In this document: positions 19,929 through 63,717 of the stretch, piece after piece
Layout of the letters: the number at the start of each line of letters is the position of its first letter
Numbering within the stretch: position 1 is the stretch's first letter
Assembly: GCA_044892525.1 (NCBI GenBank)
Contig: CM097887.1
Span: 23,126,001-23,190,000, forward strand
DNA from: Schmidtea polychroa
Lineage: Eukaryota
Direction of reading: 5' to 3'
Length of the DNA: 64,000 nt
Notes under the pieces: model-generated
Seen by the model: only the letters and a program-made list of their open reading frames with translations
Told to the model about the DNA's origin: nothing
Database searches by the model: none
Translations under genes and position numbers: made by a program

Positions 19929-20895
19929 TTTCCTCCCTGGCACCTTACAAATTTTATTATAAAAAAAAATCTTGTTGGCACAGACCAAAAATTGTCTAAG
20001 AGAATTCGTTTTATTAAACACACTCACATTTACGAATAGTCAGTTAAAGCACTTTCTATTTAAATAAATGATTTTCCGGTCTGTTGGAATTTATAAACTG
20101 ATTTTTGTACAATTTTTTATTACTGCTATTATTATTATCAAGAGTAGGACAAAATTCTGTGGGTTTCGGTATTTGATTTTCCAGGTTGACTGATAGGTCC
20201 ATATCCTCGAATTCGCTGGCAAAAATGAACTGGTTGTTTAATTCCGGATTAAATCTCGGTGACTGAACGCTGGAAATGTAGACGGAGATTTTAAACTTAA
20301 ATTTATCAATAAATGAAAACAATAAACTTTTAACCACGAGCGCTATATTGACGATTTTTTTCAGAACTGCAAGTGACGTGTATACCACGTCGATAGTATT
20401 TGTCGCAAAAACAAAAACAAAAGTAGACTATTGATTAATAAAATTTATTGTTGTTGTGAATAATTATTTATATTCGTGTAAATCTTTTATGTAAGACCCT
20501 GCCCTCGCGCTAAGCACTGGTCAAACCTCTGAGCTCGCTGACGCGGTGAGGCGTCGATGCCTTACGATATTTTATATAGTAGAGCGCGGCTCAGCTACCG
20601 AAAATTAAATCATAGCGCAAGTGGTTAAAATAAATTTGTACATTTAGCACTCAAAATTGCAAATAATATCCAAATTAAATATATTATTGAATCAATATAT
20701 TGATAAAATTTTTTGATGATTTTATAAACATTTATTGAATTAAATATAAAATATTGAATNNNNNNNNNNNNNNNNNNNNNNNNNNNNNNNNNNNNNNNNN
20801 NNNNNNNNNNNNNNNNNNNNNNNNNNNNNNNNNNNNNNNNNNNNNNNNNNNNNNNNNNNNNNNNNNNNNNNNNNNNNNNNNNNNNNNNNNNNNNN

Positions 20896-20912
20896 AAATA
20901 AATAATAATAAT

Positions 20913-20990
<78 letters not shown>
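20896..20990. repeat. (AAT)n microsatellite next to an assembly gap (N at 20760-20895)
   Basis: Direct inspection. Confidence 0.95.
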
Positions 20991-20992
<2 letters not shown>

Positions 20993-21299
20993 CTGCCATG
21001 TGACCCCTCTGTGATCCAGACGTTAATAACTTTTATTTAAAACTTCTAAGCATAAAGTTGTATACTACTATGTACCTTCTAAAATCGAGAATGTGAGTGC
21101 ATATTATCTTTGACTAAGTATTTGGTTTGAATTCTAATGTGAAAAGACTTCCATTTTAGCATGTGATTTAATATTTTTAAACATATCCAAAATGAAATTG
21201 TGAAATTTTTACAAAATGACATTTATCAACTAAAATAGAATATTTTCCAGCAAAATGCCCATATTAATATTAATCCACCTATTTAATCCATGATAAAAA

Positions 21300-22100
21300 G
21301 AATGCATGACATTTTCACACATTTTTTATGATAAAATCTTTTGGGTCTTGGAGATTATTTGGTTTTCTTGTGAATACTTTTGTATTTGGATGTCGCAAAG
21401 AAAAAAGTCGAGCGGTGATATTTCAGGTCACCTGGAAGCTCTAATATAGAAACTTGAAACACCCAAAATGAGCATGAGCTCCATCCTATTGGGAAATTAA
21501 TATTAAAATCATTATGCGACCAACTTGCGGTGTGGAGCAAAATTTAGCTATATCCAAATAGATTTTGCCACTAATATTCTCACGAAAAAAGAATGAATCC
21601 TAAATATGTGACATGGAAATACTTATTCAAACATTCACTTTTGGAGTCGGGGGAGATTGTAGGATAATCTATTTAGGAAGTTCAATGCCAGAAATTTTAC
21701 AATTGTGCCTGTTAAATGAAAAGTTGATTCATCAACACAACTAAAATTGATCGCTGCCGATCAGATTAATTAAAGGTTCACATATTGAGGTTCTTTCAGC
21801 ATAATCTTCCTCATAATGCTGATGGGAACTTTGAATTTTGTAAGTTCAACGTTGAAGATTTCCTAAAAAACATTCTGTACTGTTTTCAAATCGTATCAAA
21901 CTTCCTTAGCAATATTTCTTATTGATGCATAGTTAAAATTGTTTTCATACATTTCATAAGTTATTTCAATTTTTCACTATCAAGTAATGATGATCTTCTG
22001 GATCACAAACACTGCCAACTTCTTTAAATTTTGCGAAAATTATCTTCACATTCTTCTCTGTCGAAATTGTTTTTCAGTGCAATTCTTGTAAATGTCTTCT
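21300..22100 (-). pseudogene. Tc1/mariner (DD37D/maT-like) transposase relic
   Basis: CVDESTFHL, FQ*DGAHAHF and a decayed PDL..DFF motif. Confidence 0.6.
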
Positions 22101-23526
22101 AACCAAAGTTGTTGATTCAAACTTCACCGTAAGCATAATCACAATTTAAATTAACTCTATTGTAACGCAAATTTAATAAAAACAAATATGTGTAAAATTT
22201 TGCAATGTTTCTTTGGATGTTTAAAAATATTAAATTTCAAAATAAAATATTTACTTTTTATAAAATTATTATTCCTATGTATATTGTTTTATTTCTAATG
22301 GGTGTAATGTCAGATTTAGTGAATATTATTTAGCGTTAAAAGGAATTTCAAAGTGAAGTAATAAAAGTGTAATGTTATTTCATGCTGTGTTTCGGGAAAA
22401 ATTTCATCTACTTTAAATAGCTGCTATCCAAATATTTTAAAAGCCTAATTACGGTATCGGTGGTAACTAAATGGTTTCAAATCGACAAAGTTAAAATTCA
22501 AACTTATGGAAAATGTTTATTACATCAAGGTCTTGTTTTGCTTCTACTACTAATCTCCACTTTGTATTGCATGATATTTTCTTGCACTATTAATAAATGA
22601 CCTGATTAAGCGGAATTTAGGAAATATAAGTTAAACATTCCAGAAATACTATAAAGCTAGAAGTCAAATTAGAGATATTGAAGCAAATTGGTCATGGGCG
22701 GCAAAATTATCAAGATTCGTTAAAGAATGAAGAAATTGATAATCTCTTAGTAACACCACTATAATATATGTAGTAAAATGGTTAAACTGGAGTCGCTTAT
22801 AATCATTTGAATAGAAGAACAAAATTATAAGTGGTATCAAATTGTTTATTGTTTTTAATTGTGATGATTTGATTAGTGTGGCGCATTTTCCGACTCATAT
22901 AAAATCTGTATCATTTTCCGTATCAATTGATCTTTTAATCTTTCTCAATAAAAGATCAATTAGATTTTGTACTATTATTCTTTCGCATACTTACCTTGCT
23001 TCTCTAGCACATTGATCATGACTATTTATGGTGTTTTTTTATTTTGGACATTTTGTAAACATGCTATCATTTTGACTTGATTGAATTTGAATTTTTGTTT
23101 AATTTTTGGGTTGCGTATAGTTTTAATTGGAAAGATTATATCTATTGGTATTGATTGGGTACTTTATAAATATTCATAGGTTGAATAAATTGAAAAGAGA
23201 AAATGATTCCAAATGATCATGGAAACCGTCAAAAGTTGCATTTAGAGATACTAAACAATTTATTGACTATATGTGATATTAAACCAGTTAAAAATTCGTT
23301 AAAAACATGTAAAATTATCGATTTGTAATTATGTAATCGTTTGTTAAAAAAACAAAACATTGAAATTAAATTTATCAATAAATGAAAACAATAAACTTTT
23401 AAAATAAATTTGTACATTTAGCATTCAAAATTGCATATAATAGCCAAATTAAATACATTATTGAATCAATATATTAATAAAATTTTTGATGATTTTAAAA
23501 ACATTTATTGAATTAAATATAAAATA

Positions 23527-23727
23527 TTAATTTATTGAATGATTTATTGAATGATTTATTGAATGATTTATTGAATGATTTATTGAATGATTTATTGAAT
23601 GATTTATTGAATGATTTATTGAATGATTTATTGAATGATTTATTGAATGATTTATTGAATGATTTATTGAATGATTTATTGAATGATTTATTGAATGATT
23701 TATTGAATGATTTATTGAATGATTTAT
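23527..23727. repeat. 12-bp tandem repeat (TTATTGAATGAT), about 16 copies
   Basis: Identical units without spacers; the flank is homologous to 20625-20760. Confidence 0.95.
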
Positions 23728-23953
23728 CGAATGGCGCCTTGATAACATTTTAAAATTATATATTTCTTATAATTTCAGAGTTAATAATTAATATTTATAC
23801 CGCTAAGAGTTCAGCGATGATGGGAATTGATAAATGAAAATATAACACAAGTCAATCGATTTACTAGTAAACATACTACATATTTTGCAAGAGTTATATA
23901 ATCTTAAATTTTACAATTCCTATCAATTTTCAAAGATTTATAATTCTCTATTG

Positions 23954-24480
23954 TAGCGGTTTCCAAAGTGAGAGTCGCAAACGATTGTCAGGGGAGGCGC
24001 AAAAACTTTTAATAAAAATTATTTTCATATCATAATTTTTACAATTAAATAAAATTTCATATCGTAACTTAACAGCAAAAATGCAATAGATGAATTTTTC
24101 TTTTTATTTTTCTTTCATTTTTATCCACATATTTAATTCCTTTATAAAAAAAATCCGCAGAGGAGATTTTAAAAATGGTGCTTTTTAAGAACGGCTGCTA
24201 GGTGCATGAAAGAATAACTTGAAATTTAAACGTCACTCGTGGTTAAACTGTCAACTGAAGCATATTAGATTGTTTTAGATTGTTTTTATCGTGATTTCTT
24301 TATGAAAATAATCGTTAGTATTATTTTATAAGTATAAATCATTATTATTTATTTTTTAGCCGAATGGATAAGTTTTTGAGTGGTTACAAGACAAAAGTCG
24401 ATAATAATGAAGATACTGATGCTTATACAAGTGGTAAAAAAAGCAATAAAGAACAAGGAGACAAATCTTCCAAGAAAAGG
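23954..24480 (+). mobile_element. hAT Buster/Charlie-like 5' end fragment
   Basis: TAGCGGTTTCCAAAGTG terminus; MDKFLSGYKTK...KKRQ transposase N-terminus at 24364. Confidence 0.5.
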
Positions 24481-25199
24481 CAATAGAAGAAAAAATTAAT
24501 TCAAAGTCGGTTGATAAAAGATTGTGGTTAATCCTGGAGTTAAATCGCGTCTGTGTGCGCGTTGGTCTTGAAAGCGGACTTATTTTTTATGTGTGCCCCG
24601 ACAGACGCGAACAATGTATTTTTTAGATGTTAAAACGTGTTTTGGAAAATTTTGAATGTTTTGGATTTTATTTCGAATTTTGGAATTGATTTTCGGATTT
24701 GTTTGGATTTGGAAGTTGTTTAAAAAGGTGAATTTTTAAAAATTGTATTTTTTCTAATTTTAAAAAGTTTATTAAAAAGCGACTTGCAGTTTGAAAAAGG
24801 AATGTCTGAACGGAATTTGGAATATGAAGATTTGAAAAGATCAAAGATTGTTGAACAGAGCGAATTTGTTATTTACTCACCTTTGTTCTTTGAAGATATT
24901 TATATGACAACCGAAACTAATGATACTTTCAAAATGTTTTATGATATTTCTTGTAAAAATGGATCTAACGGAGCTGAACTTTGTGATGTGTTACCTGAAA
25001 GCAAAATCGAATTGCTAATTCACGATGACAGTGATGGATCTGAGTCTGCGATGACAATTAACCTGATTGTAAGAAGTAAAGAACTAAGAACTATATAGAA
25101 AATATGTTACTTTATTAATTGTTATTTTAACCTTAAATTTTATGTCATATTAAATCTTGACTAAATCAGAACTTTAATTTCCTGGGCTTTAGAGCTGCA

Positions 25200-26000
25200 G
25201 ACTTGTTAATTACTTCATCGAAATCAATTCCTTTCGCCAAATCACTTTCAATTGATAATATTACAAGATGAGAAAGCCTTGACTATCCCGTGGTAGATTG
25301 CAAATAGTTCTTTATAAACTTTAGCTTTAAAAAACTCCTCTCATATGAAGCCACAGACACACAGATCGTAAGAAATAATTGTAGGCTTATTGAGAGATGT
25401 GGGAGAGATTCTAGGAAGTCCCATTCAGCTAGTAATTTTAAAACGTAAAGCACTGACAAGTCTTTAGTTTCTCCATGATCAATCTCTGCTACCTTCGGGT
25501 ACCTCCTCAGTCTTGGTATTTCTAATAAAAGCTCTTCCTCTGATAACTCATCATAAAAAGTGGTCAATTTTGAAATGGACACCAGTAACTCTTCCTCAAT
25601 GGCAGTTATCAAACTCTTGGCTTGAACAACCTCAAACATGGCTGCTACTTCCTTGAAGGCTATTGATCTGATATGGAGTTTCTTGTTTTCTTATTACAGG
25701 GTTAGTCTAACATCTCACCTGTCATCCTCTTCTTGAACGTGGGTCTGCTCTCTATTGAAATTCCATATTGGCCTGATTTTAAAATCGCTTGTTTAATTGC
25801 CAACTCCACAATATGATTATACTGATAAAACGTATATAAAACGTCTTAGCGTCTCTAGCTTTATCGCCACCTTGTCAAGAGTTACGTCCTTAGTCTGAAG
25901 GTACAGCTATGAAAGATTAACTTGTGTCATTGAAGATCGTTGATAATTCAATTCAGTCATTTTAACTTCGACAATGTTTGTAATCATGAGACACATATAA
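25200..26000 (-). pseudogene. hAT transposase C-terminal relic (dimerisation domain)
   Basis: LQLFLTICVSVASYERSFLKLKFIKNYLQST matches the hAT consensus SxASxERSFSxLKxIKxxLRST. Confidence 0.8.
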
Positions 26001-27103
26001 ATTCTTAACGCAGTCATAACGTTTTTATTGAACCATATTTTCAATTTTCAACACCGTTTTTGTACCTCTTCTTTAGTGCGCCGACATATTTGGTTTCAGT
26101 GAGAAATAGATAAAGATATTTTTACATGTAAATCTTAATTGATTTAAAAATTTTGATTTGTAGCTAAAAATATTAGCAAGCGTTCTGTTTGGATATGTTT
26201 ATCTACGGTGCTTTATAACATATGACTGTACTCCATACCTAACACGCGAGGAAATTCTTAGTGGGCGTCAGATTTTATCTACTTCAATTACAATTAACTC
26301 CATTTTAATTGCATTTCTTTCCATCAGTTTCAACTCAATATTTTATCCAACCTTTGTTGCAGGACTATTAAAAGGTCTGAAATCTATAAACCGTTGAATA
26401 CAGTAGTAACTAGTAAGCGAAATGGCCAAATTTGGTATAACTTGTCAATGAAGAGATATATATTAAAGTTTAGGCATTCGCATGAAAGAGCACGAATCGA
26501 GCTATAACATGTTGGTTCAACAATTTAGATAGGCCCAAATTTCATGGCTGGCTAAAGGCCCAATCAGATTAACGAGTCATATCCAATTGAGCATGTGTGC
26601 TTACTATCTACTACTGACTACATTGGCTATTTGGTAAACCAGCACTTCGATACAGTATATTATAATGTATTGATTATTTGATTACATATTAATTAAATTA
26701 TCGATCAGATAATTTAATTATGATAAATATTATCCTTAATCAATAAGTTGATAAATCAATAATATTTGTGCTAATAGATAATATGAATCCACAATTCAAT
26801 CAATGAAATCATTTTGTTCATTTTTTACCGCTGTGTTCCCCTAGAGAATTTCATTTATTTTCATTTAGATTTCAACTATGTTTTTCTTTATTTATTCCAT
26901 TCACGATACCGCATTTCTCTTTTTCAGGAATTATAAAAACCAATCTAAATCCAAATGAAGATATATTATATTATTTAGTTAGAATTTCGATCAAATCGAT
27001 TTGATAAATATAGAAAATATGATATAAGTGGTGAATCCCTACTCAAAGTGAAACTTATCGACCAAGAAGTCCATCAACGAGAATATATATATTATTATAG
27101 TAA

Positions 27104-56925
<29,822 letters not shown>

Positions 56926-57362
56926 TTATTTAATAATATTAAATTAAAATTATATATCATTAACAATTAAAATCTATATAAATAAACAAAGTCTTTAAAA
57001 TCTAAATACTTCAGAATTAATTTTAAGAATTTTTCATAACCAAATTATTAAAAATCATTTGAAAAGGGCAGTGCCAAAAATTCGTGAATATCAAAAAAAC
57101 ATCAGTATCTTTACTGATTCATAGTAAAGTTTTTTTATAAATTCAATGTCAATTGAAAATAAATCAGAGGTGAAAATTGAAAAAAATTCTTACAAATTAT
57201 TGTAGTTTGTTGAATTATTATTATAAGGTATTATAGTTTAGTATTTTTATTTAAAAATGAAGAATTAAATAATGAAATTTATTTACAAGTTAATCGGAAA
57301 GACAACATTCTTAATAAGATAAAGCAGCCTGTCAGTGGAGAGACAATCGGAAATGAAAAAGG

Positions 57363-57925
57363 TGTAACAAAAAACAGTTAACTAACAAAAAGTAAATGGA
57401 TTTTAATTAATTTGATAATTTGTTTGAAATAGCGAAATCCCTAAGACGGCAACTCTGTGGAAACCAAAATATATCAGTCGACAAATAGAAAATTATTAAG
57501 TGTTATTCAATGCAAAAACAGAAATGGACATCAAGATATTACTGATGGGTTCCGAAAGGAAGAGAATTAAACCCAACTGCACGTGTTCACGTATTAAATA
57601 ATAAAATTCAACAATTATTCAGTAGAATTTTGCACGAGATTTTACACGCTAAATTAACGGGAAATCGATGAATAAAGAAAACGTGGTTTTGTATTTTGTG
57701 TTTGGGTTACTAGAAACGTAACGACATTCAATTGGTAGGAATAGGTGGGGACCTGAATAGAAAATCGAACATAAACCTCCTATCGGTAGTCCGTGAACCC
57801 AAGGAGTGCGCGACAATTATAGTGCGATAGCGCGCTCACTTTTTGCGAGCACTCACCCACTTGATACAGTACCAACGTTGATCGCTCAACGGGTATCAAG
57901 CGGAAAAAATGTTATTTGTATTCTG
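57363..57925. repeat. Dispersed ~560-bp repeat, second copy at 62543-63063
   Basis: Near-identical sequence from TGTAACAAAAAACAG to TTATTTGTATTCT; the second copy lacks about 40 nt. Confidence 0.92.
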
Positions 57926-58351
57926 GGTTACGCTGGAAACAGCATGAAAGGGTAAAATGCATGTCTATCTGTAATCTCACCATATGATAATGGATCCACC
58001 AATAATAATATAACTTCAGAAAGCATGGATACTTGAATTGGCGATTGTACTGAGATTGTTGATGAACTCGCATTTAGGAATGTAGACTCCAGTATCGTAC
58101 TACAGTGACAGCCAAAATTGGTTCAATGTTTTTTATGTCTTTAGATAAATGTAAGCAGCAAAGTTAATCATTCACAAATTTTTGTAAGATTTTCACTAAT
58201 TTTTTCTGTGTGTATATGAAACAGTTTGAATGTGTTATTGTTTAAACTATTCTCCTCTACGATAATTGGCGGAATTTTAATTCAAATTAGTCATTGAGTA
58301 AATTTTTGCACTGCTATATTCATTTGAAATTGTAGTCTTATAAAAACTTCT

Positions 58352-58923
58352 TGTTAGGGTTGGGTCTGGGCTCCCTTAGTGCGGGCACAGAGATTTGAAT
58401 AATAACAATTACCATAAATAAATAAATAATAGAAATAGAAATAAAAGGAATAAAAACAATTAATATAAATAGATAGGAAATATAATTAGTAATAAATAAA
58501 TATTTAAATAATAAAAATAGAAATTTTCATATATAATATATAAGGTCAGAATTTAAGCTGACCAGGTAACAGTAATTTTAATAAATAAACTTGCGTAGGT
58601 GTGGTTGTTTTTCACGCAACGCACCTTAGCCAAATACATATATAAACAGATAACAAGATTGAAAAACAGACAGACAGATAAAGAGAAAGAGAGAGAGAGA
58701 TTAACAAAAGTAGAAAAATACAGAAGAAGAAAAAGTTGAATCAGAATTTCATTATTTGCGGAAAACAGCGAAAAGAAGTCGAATCCGTACTACGAGAATT
58801 GATTAATGAAAGTGATAATTTTACAAAAATATAATTAACGTTTTCATCGTTACTTTACCGGATAAAGCAATTCTGCTAAACAGAAATCGGTTATCGAGTT
58901 AATCGATTAAATTATTTGTAACA
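58352..58923 (+). repeat. Solo-LTR-like segment
   Basis: TGTTAG...TGTAACA termini and an internal AATAAA; no TSD seen. Confidence 0.3.
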
Positions 58924-59220
58924 GCGTAAGCAGGGCTTAATTAGTATTCGACACACTGCGCATATTTATTAATTAATTTTAATGGAATATATTAGTTGTT
59001 GATTTATACACTGTCTTCTATAAGGTGACCAAAAGGAATGAATGGGGAGCTAAAAATTAAAGGAAAGTCAATATCATTAAGTGTCATTAGATGATAGACT
59101 ATAAAAGGAGATACAACTTAAATGAAAACAGAATTTTTAGAATTTCTAGAGGAGAAAGAATTTGTAAAGTAAAAAGAAGATGGTTATTATTTAACAAGTT
59201 GGATAGTTTCTGACTCCTCA

Positions 59221-59820
59221 TGTTCTTTTCCAATCAAATAACTAAGAACCAACACAGAACAATTTTATTCAATCTTTATTACAATTCCAAGTTGTCACTC
59301 GATTTGCACGTAATTTTCGTCGACAATTGTTATCTTAAGGTAGGTTGCTCAACGGATAATCACTTTTCTGGTACGATAATTAATAATGTTCCTTAGATTT
59401 ACTTGATTTCGTAATTCCACGCTAATTTTGCTTCTTCGACCAACTAGTCTCTTCAGCTTTTCCTTTTATACTTTTTTAAAAGCATTATCAATATTCCATC
59501 AATTACTCCGGGGATTACCGACATTTCTTAATAATTATTGGCATTTACCCAACCGTTATTTTAATCCTTGTGGGAATTTCCGCTAGCCCTTTAACGTATT
59601 GGTTCTTCTGGAAGGTATTATTTGTTATCCTACTAATTTCCTTCCTACATGGCAGCTAGGTCGAATTCACTTCACTTTTTAATTACTCGGGTCTTAGTGC
59701 TCTCCGGGTGTTTATCTGATCGTTTGGATTTCCCGTTGTCTCGGGCTTCAAATTAGTGATTAATTAATATTTTATTAGTTTGTTATTTTGTTATAACTTT
59801 TTCTAGGGATCCCTCACTAA
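59221..59820 (-). repeat. LTR-like segment
   Basis: The minus strand has AATAAA motifs, ends in AACA, and is followed by TGAGGAGTCAG. Confidence 0.35.
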
Positions 59821-62542
59821 TTTTTTATTATTGTATTTGCATATGTCTCATGATTTCGTGTTCAACCATACCAATTTCCCGCGATTAATATTAATTTGTA
59901 CATTTTATTAATTTTTCAATTAATTTTGGCATTTTTGTTATTCCTGTGTTTTTTATTTCTCTTCCGTTTTATTTTGTGATTTTTACATTTCCCCAATAAA
60001 AGGAAACAAAAGTTGTAAATCAAAGAGGAATAAAATTAAAACGAAACTCAAGCTATCGAATAAATTTAAGTCAAAGCTAAGAAAGCAACTAGATCTAATC
60101 TATAGATTATTGAAACCAGAAATAGTAGTCAAGAGGTTGTGAGTTCCAAGTTGTATTGTAAACGTGCTATTCATCCAAAAGAGTTGTAATAAGCACTCAA
60201 TTTGTTATTGTAACAGATAATTTTTGGTGTCTCTGTAAATTGCTATTATTAATTGTGTTATTCAATAAAGTTTATACTGTCTGGAGCTCGTTATTGTTAT
60301 TAAAGGAGTGCCTAGAGTATGTTGACAAAATCATGTAACAAGTACATTTCTCTCTTACATTTCTCTCTTAATTTAAAAATAATAAAATAAAATAAAATAT
60401 TTAAAAATAGCAGCAATTTGTGAGGAGCTTACCAGTAATCGAATGAGTTAAAAAACTTTGAAATCAATCAACAACTTTGATAAGAAATAAAAAAACTTTT
60501 AAAAATATGTTCTCAAGTAAATTGTTGGTGGCGATTTGTAAAGAGATTGTTACAAATCAAATGAGCTATAAATCTTTGAAATCAGTCAGTGGATTAATGA
60601 AAAATCCAAAAATAAAACTCTAATTTTATGTTTAATATTGTATATTAGGAGGATGTCATGGATTCCCATTGGAAAAATTTTAAAAGGGGGTATAAAAACT
60701 TTTTGGAGGTCGTCGGTAATTTCCCTTTGGTGTTACTGGCTCACATTATTTTTGATAACATTAGTCGAAATAACAGGTCCTTTTTATAAATAAAATCATT
60801 TATCGCAACCAAATTAATAAATAGAATCCCCAATAGATCGATTTCCTTTTATAAAGGCAACAAATGTAAATTACACTTTCGCATCTTTATTTATGTGTAT
60901 GGTAGGTGTTTCACAGCCTCGAAATCTCTCCAGATCATGGTAAGCATGACCCGCTACATGGGCTTCCTTGTGAGATCTCTCCTAGCTTGTTCCTTCTTCC
61001 TAGGTTTGAAGCGTCCCTCATTTTGCGCCTACATATCTTTCATCTCGATTCCTCGTTGGTTTGCTCGATCGGTTGGGGAGATATCCAAACTGAATAATCA
61101 ATTTTCTGCTGCAATATGTTCGTATATATCGGTGTGTTGATGGTTCATTCCCAACTACCGGGTCTTCACTTTCTGACCATGAATATTTAGCTGATCAAAG
61201 TTTTTGGCATAAAATTCACCGAATTCTAATCAAAATGTATGTGTTTGTCTATATACCCTGATTTTGGTGTGCTGGTATGTGTGTATGTGTTCTAGTGCAT
61301 TAAACAAATTCGAATTTTTAAATCAACTTATTTTCTAATTTCGTTTTTATCAATTTTAATTGCAATGTTTGAATATCTAACATTTAATTCATTTTTATAT
61401 TTTATTTCCTTTTTTAAAATCCGACTCCAAATATTTTATTCTTAATTCTTATTTTCATTTTCTCCATGAATTCCAATTTGTTATTTATTCATGTTATTTT
61501 TCTGTTTCTTTGGTGCTTTTATGATTTTTTTAATGTTTTTTGATATTGGTGTTGTATCTAATTCTTTTATCATGTTTATTTTGTGTCTTTTCGTGTTTAG
61601 ATTTTTAATCAACTTGGGCCTGTGTTATTGTACTGTATTCGACACATTTTGCTCACAATCAGTTTTTGCCAAAAATAGTAAGGGTCTCAGAGATTTTAGT
61701 ACTGGATTTAGCCTCTAGAAAAAAAAAGTCAGTGCTCCTAAGGGCCACAGTAAAAATTTGTAAAATTTATGAGAATTTTTTTTAAACTTTAATATGTTTG
61801 GTACATAGAATTATGTTCACTTTAAAATATGTTTAGTGTACTTCAAAACATTCATTGCTTTTGAAATTTACTATATTTGATAAAATAATAAATAGACATT
61901 AAAAATATGGTTGATAATACCCTCGTTCTGGTGCATTATTTATGAATAACTATAATTTACAGACATCGCACAATCATTGAATATGTTACTGAGTAAATTA
62001 CTTCTTCGCATACAAATTCGTCGATTGTGAAATAAACGTAATTTATTAAACAGTACTTTCTACTTAGATCTACGAGGAGATGCCCCAATGTCAGTGAGAG
62101 CAACAAGCGCTCATTTTCACATCGAATCACAACTATCAACCACAATTATTATATTCATATTTTATATAAACCCAACTATTATAATTTGCTTAGCTAAAAT
62201 AATGGTTTGCATTATATCTATGACAAATTTACTTTTCGGAAGGGAATTCTCTTAAACATGTGCAATTCCATACGAAATTCATAGCAATGTCGGAAATAAA
62301 TATAATAGGTCAATGGATAATTGTAAATTAGTAAATATTTTCTTCAAAATATTTTGACTACTGATTAATTATTCAGTAGACTTTCAAAATCTTTAGTTTG
62401 ACAAGCGGGTGATTTTTTAGGAAAACGGAAAAGAAAGAAATTTAGTGAGGTGATTGAGGGAAATTTCCCATTGTTATGGACATCTAAGTGATAACAAGAA
62501 ATAAATTATAATGAGTAAAATGATTGAAGAAACGAATGACAA

Positions 62543-63063
62543 TGTAACAAAAAACAGTTAATTAACAAAAAGTAAATGGATTTTAATTAATTTGATAATT
62601 TGTTTGAAATAGAGAAATTCCTAAGACGGCAAATCGTGGAAACCAAAATATATCAGTTGACAAATAAAAAATTATTAAGTATTATTCAATGCAAAAACAG
62701 AAATGGACATCAAGATATTACTGATGGGTTCCGAAAGGAAGAGAATTAAACCCAACTGTACGTGTTCTCATATTAAATAATAAAATTCAACAATTATTCA
62801 GTAGAATTTTGCACGAGATTTTACACGCTAAATTAACGGGAAATCGATGAATAAATAAAACGTGGTTTTGTATTTTGTGTTTGGGTTACTAGAAACGTAA
62901 CGACATTCAATTGGTAGGAATAGGTGGGGACCTGAATAGAAAATCGGACATAAACCTCCTATCGGTAGTCCGTGAACCTTTTTGCGAGCACTCACCCACT
63001 TGATACAGTACCAACGTTGATCGCTCAACGGGTATCAAGCGTAAAAAATGTTATTTGTATTCT
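62543..63063. repeat. Second copy of the 57363-57925 repeat, embedded among other short duplications (62086-62345 versus 63061-63400)
   Basis: Direct comparison. Confidence 0.9.
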
Positions 63064-63717
63064 CTTAAACATGTGCAATTCTACACGAAATTTATAGCAA
63101 TGTCGGAAATAAATATAATAGGTCAATGGATAATTGTAAATTAGTAAATATTTTCTTCTAACTATTTTGACTACTTATTAATTATTCAGTAGTCTTTCAA
63201 TATGTTTTCAAGTTTAATTTCGATATAGTATTTCGAATATTTAATAAAACATAATAAAATAAAATATAATAAAGACTTAAATGGATTTTAATTAATTCTC
63301 AATGTCAGTGAGAGCAACAAGCGCTCATTTTCACATCGAATCACAACTATCAACCACAATTAATATATTCATATTTTTTATAAACCCAGCTATTATAATT
63401 TAATTACACGTCATTGAGTATCCTATTGTCTTCGTCTGTCGACCTGGGAGTTGTTACGTGTAAACATTGGTCTCACAAGCCCCGTTTGGAACCGCGACGA
63501 AATCTTCCTCTCTAACAGACTTTTCATGCCATGTGCAATGCATTCTGTTATCGGAATGGTTACATATAGTAATCAACAAATTAATTGAATGTTGCGCTCA
63601 TTTTTACAAATTAATAATGTACTACTCACAAAATAAAAAGTAGTAAATAAAATCCGAAATTTATTCAATATAAATAACGATAAAAATTTCCAAAAATATA
63701 CACCAAAATCGTTGGGA

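Noticed and set aside
20625-21014. Poly-I / poly-N ORFs
   Set aside because: (AAT)n microsatellite spanning an N gap.
23527-23753. CRISPR-like or coding repeat (NDLL/HSIN)
   Set aside because: Identical 12-mers with no spacers and no cas genes, in a eukaryotic context.
57750-57780. Hammerhead-like CTGAATAG..CGAAC
   Set aside because: Core residues do not fit CUGANGA/GAAA and differ in the second copy.
60895-61140. Possible gag-like fragment
   Set aside because: Multiple stops and no diagnostic knuckle or capsid motif.
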